A stretch of 64,000 nt of DNA from Saprolegnia diclina VS20 (taxonomy: Eukaryota), in contig NW_008246139.1 in the NCBI RefSeq assembly GCF_000281045.1, forward strand, positions 89,362 through 153,361. The letters are read 5' to 3'. Made by a program: the position numbers and the translations under genes. How positions within the stretch are numbered: the stretch's first letter is position 1; every line of letters begins with the position of its first letter. Under the pieces are notes generated by a model, which had not been told where the DNA came from, made no database searches, and saw only the letters and a list, made by a program, of their open reading frames with translations. Shown here piece after piece: positions 56,175-64,000 of the stretch.

Positions 56175-59069
56175 ATGGCGTCCGTGGCCTGGGAAGGATG
56201 GATCTACAAGCAGGGTAGCCTCATGCCCACGTGGAAGAAGCGCTACATGGTGCTCAAGGGCCGCCACATTGCCTACTACGACAAGGAGGTGAGCAACCCG
56301 CGGGCGAAGGAGAAGGGTACGTTCACGCTGGCCGCCGTCGAGCGCACGCCGGGCATGGAGCTGGGCTTGACGCTCGCTGGCTACGACGGCAAGATCATGC
56401 ACATCTACACCAAGACGGTCGGTGAGTTTGTGCTCTGCAACAACGCAATGACCGCGGCGTGCGCCGAGCCCGAGCGCAAGGTCGCGCCGGCGCTGAGTCG
56501 CGCCGAGTCGAGCATGAGCTACCGCCACGAGCGCAGCCCGTCGAGCGCCAACCGCGCCGTGACCCACTCGGGCTGGCTCGAGAAAGAAGGCCAGAACGTC
56601 AAGAGCTGGAAGAAGCGCTTCTTCGTGCTCTCAGGAACCGACTTGACGTATTACGACCGGATCGGCGGCGCCGAGAAGGGCGGTGGCCGCGTCGTCGACG
56701 TGAGCTACTCGTACGACCGCCGCAACAGCCTCACGTTCACCTTGAACAACGACCGCATCCTCAACGTCACGGCCGACTCGGAGAACGAGATGCAGACTTG
56801 GTACTCGGCGGCGTGCAACGTGCTCGGGAAGGCCGTCTCGAGCGGGCAGCCCATCTTCAAGTTTCAGAGCACGCAGCCGTCATCGAGCTATGGCCGCGCC
56901 TCGTCGTCGTCCTCGTTTGACAACAACAACAGCAGCCACAACCTCCGCCCGAGCTCGCAAGGCCCGAGCTACTCGGGCCAAGGTCACATGTTCCGCGAAG
57001 CATCGTCGTCGTCAGCTGGCAGCAACCAGTACGACCCGGACAACTACCCGTCACCGCCCGCCACGTACAATCCGGACACGGCGGCCGAGATGTGGCAAAA
57101 GCCCGTGTCCCCCGTCAAGCCCCCGACGACGTACACGCCAACACCGGTGTCGCCCGCCAAGACGCCAACCTACAACCAAGCTTATCCGCCCAAGCCAACT
57201 CCGGCTTCAGCGTCGGCGTACCCACCAAAACCCGTGGCACAAGCGTACATTTCGCGCCCGATCGTCGAGCCCGTGGTCGAAGTGAGCCGGTCGTACAACC
57301 CCAGCGCTGTTGCGGACGTTTGGAACGTCACGGACCCCAAGCAAGTGAATTCGTGGGTCGAGCAAGGCAAGGCGTCGGCGGCACCGGCGGCGGCGCCCGC
57401 CCCGAGTGCCAACCTGCAGTCGTTCTTGAACAAGTACATGCCCGATGACGACGCACCGCTGCCCGTGATCACACCGACAGTGACCAAGTCCATCGACGCG
57501 GCCAAGCCGGTGGTCGAGCTGCCGTCACCGGTAGTGTCTCCTGTCGCCTCGCGTTCGACCCAGCCCATTGTGTCACCCGTCATCTCGTCGCCGGTCGTCC
57601 AACACGTCATTCAGCCCGTCATTCAGCCCGTCATTCAGCCGATCGTCCGGCCGGTCGTCCAGCCAGTCGTCCAGCCGGTAGTCCAGCCGGTCATTCAGCC
57701 GGTCGTCCAGCCGGTTGTCGAAGTCACCCGCACGGTGGTCCAGCACGTGACGGTGAACCAACCCGTGGTGCAGAATGTGACGATGGTGCAGCATGTCTCG
57801 GCGCCGATCACCGTCAACGTTGTCGCGCCAGTGGCCATCGCAGAGACGACCGAGTCATCGTCGGACGAAGACTACGAGCGTATCGATGCAGTCTCGCCAA
57901 GTACCAACGACGACGACGACAGCTACGAGTCGCCCATCGATGACAACGACATGACGCCCCATGTCACGCCGCTCGTCCACGTCGTCCCCAAGTCCGAGTA
58001 CACACCCGAGGTGCACAAGCCCAAGCCGGGCCCGCTATACTTGGATACAGCGCCGCAGCAGCCGCTCTGGGCACCTGCGTTTCCGCAGCCGTCGTCACAA
58101 GAGCCCGAGACGTCGTTTGACGACACGCCCGACGACGCCAGTGACAAGAGCGATGACGACACGGACACGGCCCCGCATGTGACTCCGCTCGTCGAGGTCA
58201 TTCCCAAGTCCGAGTACACGCCCGAGGTGCATGCCCCCGTCGACCGCCCGCAAGTGGTGACCAAGGTCGAGCCGGTGTGGGCGCCCTCGTTTCCGGCGCC
58301 GCCGCTGGAACAAGTCGACTCGGATCACGAAGACGACGCCGTGTACGACGCCGCGGTCGTCGAGGTCGAGGTCGAGGTCGCGCCTCGCGTCAAGCCTCTT
58401 GTCGCCGTCATTCCCAAGAGTGAGTATGCACCGGCCGTCCATGCCCCGGTCGACCGCCCGCAAGTGGTGACCAAGGTCGAGCCGGTGTGGGCGCCCTCGT
58501 TTCCGGCGCCACCGCTGGAACAAGTCGACTCGGACCACGAAGACGACGCCGTATACGACGCCGCGGTCGTCGAGGTCGAGGTCGAGGTCGAGGTCACGCC
58601 TCGCGTCAAGCCTCTTGTCGCCGTCATTCCCAAGAGTGAGTATGCACCGGCCGTCCACGCCCCGGTCGACCGCCCGCAAGTGGTGACCAAGGTCGAGCCG
58701 CGCTGGACACCGACGATGCCGGCACCGACACCGGTCGTCGACCACGTCAATGTCACCTCCGACGACGACGACCAGAGCAACTTGGTTGCGTCGGAGCACG
58801 TGGAAGGCCGGTGCGGCGTCGACTGCGAGCACCGCGTCAAGGCGGTACCCAAGTCGGAGTACACGCCCGAGGTCCACGCGCCGACGACCAACAACTCGCA
58901 CATTTTGCCGCCGCCCAAGGCCACCTACCGCCACAACGAAAGCGATGTGGGCGACGGGCCGGCGCTCGCACCGCTGCAGCTCGTGCCCGGAGAGCCCTCG
59001 AAACACAAGCACGAACGCAAAACCAAGTCGGACGACGCAGCACCCAAAAGCTGCTGCACAGTCATGTAG
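56175..59069 (+). CDS. Tandem PH-domain protein with Pro/Val-rich and internal repeats and a C-terminal CaaX
   Basis: Two PH domains paralogous to 53510-54436; (QPVV/QPVI)n; PKSEYxPxVH x5; ends CCTVM*. Confidence 0.9.
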   Translation: MASVAWEGWIYKQGSLMPTWKKRYMVLKGRHIAYYDKEVSNPRAKEKGTFTLAAVERTPGMELGLTLAGYDGKIMHIYTKTVGEFVLCNNAMTAACAEPERKVAPALSRAESSMSYRHERSPSSANRAVTHSGWLEKEGQNVKSWKKRFFVLSGTDLTYYDRIGGAEKGGGRVVDVSYSYDRRNSLTFTLNNDRILNVTADSENEMQTWYSAACNVLGKAVSSGQPIFKFQSTQPSSSYGRASSSSSFDNNNSSHNLRPSSQGPSYSGQGHMFREASSSSAGSNQYDPDNYPSPPATYNPDTAAEMWQKPVSPVKPPTTYTPTPVSPAKTPTYNQAYPPKPTPASASAYPPKPVAQAYISRPIVEPVVEVSRSYNPSAVADVWNVTDPKQVNSWVEQGKASAAPAAAPAPSANLQSFLNKYMPDDDAPLPVITPTVTKSIDAAKPVVELPSPVVSPVASRSTQPIVSPVISSPVVQHVIQPVIQPVIQPIVRPVVQPVVQPVVQPVIQPVVQPVVEVTRTVVQHVTVNQPVVQNVTMVQHVSAPITVNVVAPVAIAETTESSSDEDYERIDAVSPSTNDDDDSYESPIDDNDMTPHVTPLVHVVPKSEYTPEVHKPKPGPLYLDTAPQQPLWAPAFPQPSSQEPETSFDDTPDDASDKSDDDTDTAPHVTPLVEVIPKSEYTPEVHAPVDRPQVVTKVEPVWAPSFPAPPLEQVDSDHEDDAVYDAAVVEVEVEVAPRVKPLVAVIPKSEYAPAVHAPVDRPQVVTKVEPVWAPSFPAPPLEQVDSDHEDDAVYDAAVVEVEVEVEVTPRVKPLVAVIPKSEYAPAVHAPVDRPQVVTKVEPRWTPTMPAPTPVVDHVNVTSDDDDQSNLVASEHVEGRCGVDCEHRVKAVPKSEYTPEVHAPTTNNSHILPPPKATYRHNESDVGDGPALAPLQLVPGEPSKHKHERKTKSDDAAPKSCCTVM
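58231..58700 (+). repeat. Near-identical ~210-bp coding tandem duplication (about 2.2 units)
   Basis: 58231-58440 is nearly identical to 58441-58656 (one extra GAGGTC), followed by a partial third unit. Confidence 0.9.
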
Positions 59070-59565
59070 TGTCTATATAATCAACCACTAATAACATTGG
59101 GAACGCAACGGCTCAACTTGGCGACGCGAGAACGGTCGTTGAAAGAACAGTCACGAAGGCTGCGTCCGACCAGCTTCAACGTCGCACCACGTGACGCACG
59201 TGCCTGGCAGGTCGCTCGGCGCGCCAAGTCCCCCTCCTCGGAAGTCCTTGCATCGGAGCCGATCTTGGTCGGCTCGTGGCTAAACCCACCGTCCTTCCGA
59301 GCCGTACGTCGGCCAGTAAACGAAGCTACTAGCGCTTGCAACAGTACCTTCTGCATGCTCACAGTATTCGCTGCAGTGCTAAGCCCTGTACACCCCGTCT
59401 GTCGACCGTCGCCGTGCGTGCAAGGCGCCGACACCGGGTGGCACCGGCTAAGGTGGCGTGCGTTTATCCGATCTTCACTCGGCGGCGTATCCGGACGTCC
59501 GGAAACGGTTTACGGGGGTTTGACATCCACCACTCTTTTACTGGGCCGGAATCGCTGTCTGCAGC

Positions 59566-60861
59566 ATGCTGTCCCGTCGTGCGATGAACGGGCTCGTCCG
59601 CCTTGGCCGCCCGCAGGCCATGAAGATGATGATGTCGACCAAGGGCCAGAACATCGAGGTCCAGCGCATGAAGCTGCGCGAAGCGCCGTTCGAGGACGTG
59701 CTGTATGGCAACGACGTGGGCATCCGCAGCGTGACCTTCAACCGCCCGAGCGTGCTCAACGCGCTCAACCTGCCGATGATCCGCAGCCTCGCGCCCAAGA
59801 TCAACAAGTTTGAGCGCAACCCGACCGTGAACGCCATCATCTTTGAAGGCGCGGGCGAGAAGGCGTTCTGCGCCGGCGGCGACATTCGCTTCCTCTACGA
59901 GAACGGCAAGGACCCGGCGACGCGTCATCTCGCGCTCGACTTCTTCCGCGAAGAGTACCGCCTCAACTACACGCTCGCGACCATGTCGACGCCCATCATC
60001 TCGATCATCAACGGCATCACCATGGGCGGCGGCGTCGGGCTCTCGATGCACGGCAAGTTTGTCGTCGCGACCGAGAAGACGACGTTTGCCATGCCCGAGA
60101 CTGCCATCGGCTTCTTCCCGGACGTCGGCGGCTCGTACATTCTGCCGCGCATTGGCCGCAAGATTGCGCAGCAGGAAAAGTACACGCCGCTCGTGTCGGC
60201 CTCGGACGCCCTCGTGGGCCAGGGTCTCGGCACGTTCCTCGCGCTCACGGGTGAGCGCCTCAAGGGCGCCGAGGTCTTTGGCGTCGCGCTCGCGACCCAC
60301 TTTGTCGAGTCCAAGGAGCTCGTGGACCTCCGCAACCACCTCGTCGAGTTTGACTTTGACCCGGAAATGCGCCAGTCGGTCCGCGACGAGATCATTGACG
60401 AATCGATCGGCGACCTCGAGACCGAGGTCGAAGAGACGAACGAAGAGTTCCTGTCGACGGTCGAAGCGGTCTTTGGCGCCACCAACAAGGACGACACGGT
60501 CGAGGGCATTCTCTCGCGCCTCTCGGGCCTGGACACCGAGTGGTCGCGCAAGATCCACGCCAAGCTCACCAAGGTGTCGCCGTTGAGCCTCAAGGTGACG
60601 CTCCGCCAGATGCGCGAGGGCGCGACCAAGAGCGCGGCCGAGTGCTTCCAGATGGAGTTCCGCATGGCCACGCGCATGATGGAGAACCCCGACTTCTTTG
60701 AAGGCGTCCGGTCCGTCATCATCGACAAGGACAACGCGCCGCAGTGGCTCCACGCGTCGGTCGCCGACGTTGCCGAGGACGAAGTAGATAGATTTTTTGC
60801 GCCGCTCGCCGACGAGGACGAGCTCGTGCTGTACGAAGCGTCGCCGGCCGACGCCGAGTAA
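59566..60861 (+). CDS. HIBCH: 3-hydroxyisobutyryl-CoA hydrolase, mitochondrial
   Basis: NRPSVLNALN, KAFCAGGDI, FFREEYRLN, MGGGVGLS, FAMPETAIGFFPDVG, DFFEGVRSVIIDKD; Arg-rich presequence. Confidence 0.95.
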   Translation: MLSRRAMNGLVRLGRPQAMKMMMSTKGQNIEVQRMKLREAPFEDVLYGNDVGIRSVTFNRPSVLNALNLPMIRSLAPKINKFERNPTVNAIIFEGAGEKAFCAGGDIRFLYENGKDPATRHLALDFFREEYRLNYTLATMSTPIISIINGITMGGGVGLSMHGKFVVATEKTTFAMPETAIGFFPDVGGSYILPRIGRKIAQQEKYTPLVSASDALVGQGLGTFLALTGERLKGAEVFGVALATHFVESKELVDLRNHLVEFDFDPEMRQSVRDEIIDESIGDLETEVEETNEEFLSTVEAVFGATNKDDTVEGILSRLSGLDTEWSRKIHAKLTKVSPLSLKVTLRQMREGATKSAAECFQMEFRMATRMMENPDFFEGVRSVIIDKDNAPQWLHASVADVAEDEVDRFFAPLADEDELVLYEASPADAE

Positions 60862-60947
60862 GCGAGACGATCTCGGAAGAACATAGCACGCCGTCATTAG
60901 TTGATCCATTGATTTGTAGTCTTTTTGCCGAATTTGGGCGGGTAGGG

Positions 60948-62460
60948 TTAGGTTTGGAGCAGCGCCAAGACAGCTTGCAGCTTGGCCAAGACGAGGTCGC
61001 AGTCGGGCTCGAGCACGTGGATCCCGTCGGTGGAGGCAATGACAATTTCGTCGACGCCGTCCCCGTTCATGTCTTGCACCACAATCGAGTAGACGGGCCC
61101 GAAGAAGAAGAAGTCCCACTTGGTCCGCGGTTCGAGGTGCCAGCTGCGCACCCCGTCGGGCGATGTCGTTGCCTTGTACGCGACGAGCGCGTTGCTAAAC
61201 GACCCTAGGAGGAGCTCCATCTCGCCGTCCTACGGCGTCATTAGAGTCGCGTCCGATGACGTCCTTGGACGGTACAAAGTCCACGTCGGCCGACGCGCAG
61301 CACAGAATGCTGTCATAATAGTCCGAGTCGGGCAAGAGCGACGGGGACGCCGACGCGTCAAATGGATCCGCATACACGACCGCGTACCCGATGCTTCCGC
61401 TCACGAGCGCCATGCATGTGACGCCGCTACTGATAACGAGATGTGACGCTGATGACAAGGACAAGGACGCACCTCGCGCCGTCCGTGCGTCTCGGGCTAC
61501 ACACGTTGATGTCGGAGACGGGCCCGTCAATCTCAAACGTCGCCGTGGCAAAGTCGTTGCCGATGCTGTCGAGGCAGGCGGGTCCTTGGACAAAATGCAC
61601 AACCCTAATCCCGAGACGTCAGTGGGCGATGGCACACGACAGGATGGCGTTGCCCGTTGCCGCAGCCGAGCGCGATGATGCGCGTGTCCTCGAGGCGCAC
61701 CGAGTGGTAGGCGGTCACGGCGTGGTGAAAGCCCACGAGATGCGGAAAGAACGTGGCGAACGTGTCGGCGTCGAGCTCGATGGCCGCGTTGGCACCCGAG
61801 ACGTAGCCGACGGCGACGATCGCGTCATGACGGAAGAGGAGTGCACCGTGGAAGCTCGCGTCACCGACCTCGACGGCCATGGACACGGTCTTGAGCGGTA
61901 CGTCGTTTTGTTCCAAGCGCTGGCGTGTCTTGGACGAGGCTGCCTGGCCGACCGGCTGCAAGACGACACAGCATTTGCCGTGGAGCTCCTGGTATACGAG
62001 CAGCAGCACGCGCTCGGTGGCCGAGAGGTGGAGAATGTCCGAGGATAAGAACGACGCGTCCGGCGGCGTGCCGGCCATGACCATCGCCCGGTCCACGTCG
62101 TCCATGGCGGCCGCGTCCTGCGCGAGACCAAGTGGCGACAACTGGAAGGTCTGTGTCTCGTGCTGGAAGCGCAAGTCGCAGATCGCCCATGGCGTCGTCA
62201 CGAGAAGGCTAGGCAGCAGATGGACATAGGCGATGGATGAAAGCAGCGTCGTACCGGTCGGCGGCGATGGGCTGCAGCGAGAAGGCGCCGACGTCGCGAT
62301 CTTGCAGCGACGTGGTCTCGATCGGCTCAATGTCGCCGGAAGACGGACGGCGCAGGCTCGAGCGCTTGGGCGTCGCTGCTTTGGGCGGCTCGGCCACCGG
62401 CGCCGATGGCAGCGGCGCGGGCGCCGGGTACCGGAAGAGCCACGATTGCCCGTATCCCAT
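60948..62460 (-). CDS. KPTN: Kaptin-like protein (KICSTOR subunit), multi-exon
   Basis: LPDSDYYDSILC...DVDF|DGEMELLLGSF; DMNGDGVDEIVIASTDGIHVL; IALGCGNG. Confidence 0.8.
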
Positions 62461-62864
62461 CGTCAGTGTGCAGTTGTCAAGTCAAGCAAAATTCCAGAGA
62501 TTCCACCAATCCCAGCCGTTGTATCTTGCCATTTCAACCAATCCAAGAGCAGACTATTTCTTTCGGCATATGCCACGAATAAATACCACATCGCGACCAA
62601 GCACAAGCACGGAGCTACGACTGTAGCTTCTCTAGAATGATCGTATTGGTCACCATCTTCCACTCGATCCATGCACGAGACAACTCTCTTTCGCGAATAG
62701 CGGCCCGCAAGGACATACGTTGCCGACAGCACGCTCGCCGGACGCCATGGCCATCATGCCGAAAATAAAGCATTTTGAAACAACCCAATCACAAGCAGGT
62801 ACAATCCCGTACGCGCGCTGTGATTGGCTGCGCCTTTATCACCAGTCCATTGCCGGATCGCAAG

Positions 62865-63798
62865 ATGGCCGACGAGTGGACCTTCGTCGGGCGCAAGCAG
62901 AAGAAGAGCTTCAAGCCCAAGACGCCGGCAGCGCCCAAGGCGCCAGCGGGCCCGGCCTTTTCCTACACGGAGAAGCCGGCGGCCAAGGCGTCGACGGCGA
63001 CCAACATCGCCAAGGCCATCGACCGTGCGCGCAAGCTTCGCGATGCCATGCGTACCTCGAGCTTCTTTGAACGCATCCGCGCAGTTCTTTTGGCGCATCT
63101 GCCGCTCGAAACGCCGCTGCAGCTCGTGGCCTACGGCGTCGGGTCGTTCGCGCATGGCCCAAGCGGCAATGCCATTTACCAGCTCGTGTGCGCGTCGCTG
63201 CTGCGCGAGCTCCTCGCCGGCCATGACGCGCTCGCCGACGCCTTCATTTACGACCCGATCATGACCGAGGTAGAAAGGCAGTGCCTCCAGATCGAAGGAT
63301 GCGATTGATGTGTAGGAGGACAACGAGGTGGCGGCCGCCATGGACCTCTCGGTTCTTCCGACGAACGAGCAAGGCCAGCGCACGGCACAGACGCGGACGC
63401 TCTTCTTCATGCCGCACTGCGGCAAGCAGTTGTACCAAAACGTCCTATTGAGCAATTGGCCTTCGCTCGAGAAGATTTGCATCTTGGGCAACAGCTTTGC
63501 AGCGTACGACGACCGCCTCCTCGTCAAGGCGGACCGGGCCAAGTCGATCTTCAGCGCGCTCGTCCCGTTTACGACCGAGGTGGCGCTCGGTCCATGCGAC
63601 AAGGCGGTGCGCGACCACGTGCAGTACGACGCTGCGTTCAACGACACGAGGTACGATCAACGAGACGACGCCTTGTGTCGACACTGCTGTAGTTTGCACG
63701 TCTTCTCCGATGCGCAGCTGCGCGCAGCGAGGGACTCTGGCCTTTTCGAAAAGGACGTCGACGCATTTGACGTCGGCACGGACGAAGACCTTGTGTAA
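62865..63798 (+). CDS. SRRD: SRR1-like protein; introns 63270-63315 and 63651-63692
   Basis: YGVGSF, YQL, YDP, TLFFMPHC, LYQNVL..NW, ILGNSF, AFNDT. Confidence 0.92.
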
Positions 63799-64000
63799 TT
63801 GTAATACGTGTCTACCAGGCTCGACGCAACCTACAAGCTTGGCAGGTTTCAGCACACCTTCGCAGCTACGGACAAGGCTAGGAGCAGCGCGTCTGCCACA
63901 CACAAACCTTGGTAGATCCTAGAGAACATGGCTTTGGAACAAACCACAACGCTTGGCTCGTATCGCAACCGGATAATTGGCGCGAAATGACCATCAGTCG

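Noticed and set aside
59464..61119. Long antisense ORFs (also 41873-43312, 34956-36320, 26761-27864)
   Set aside because: Shadows of GC-rich codon usage on the real coding strand

Overview
Gene-dense eukaryotic DNA, GC-rich in coding regions, with very short (about 40-60 nt) GT-AG introns and two N-gaps. Gene families, intron sizes and an 18S fragment point to an oomycete, probably Saprolegniales (Saprolegnia-like); this is inferred from the sequence, not from a database hit. Repeated families: a cluster of three Prx5-type peroxiredoxins that look betaproteobacterial, two ankyrin-repeat paralogues, two surface-anchored multi-domain cystatins, a birth-and-death array of F-box-like/LRR genes and relics that share an upstream element GAGGTATGACGTGGCA, and a divergent pair of tandem-PH proteins. 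Single genes: EEF1AKMT1, a jacalin/zinc-metallopeptidase gene with catalytic E->Q, a 10-exon ~2860 aa CLU-LamG-LRR gene, a UFD1-UBX-UBA fusion, a C2H2 transcription factor, HIBCH, kaptin and SRR1. There is also an orphan 92-bp 18S rDNA fragment. No CRISPR array, tRNA or intact transposon was recognised. Family names come from motif recognition and need HMM/BLAST confirmation.
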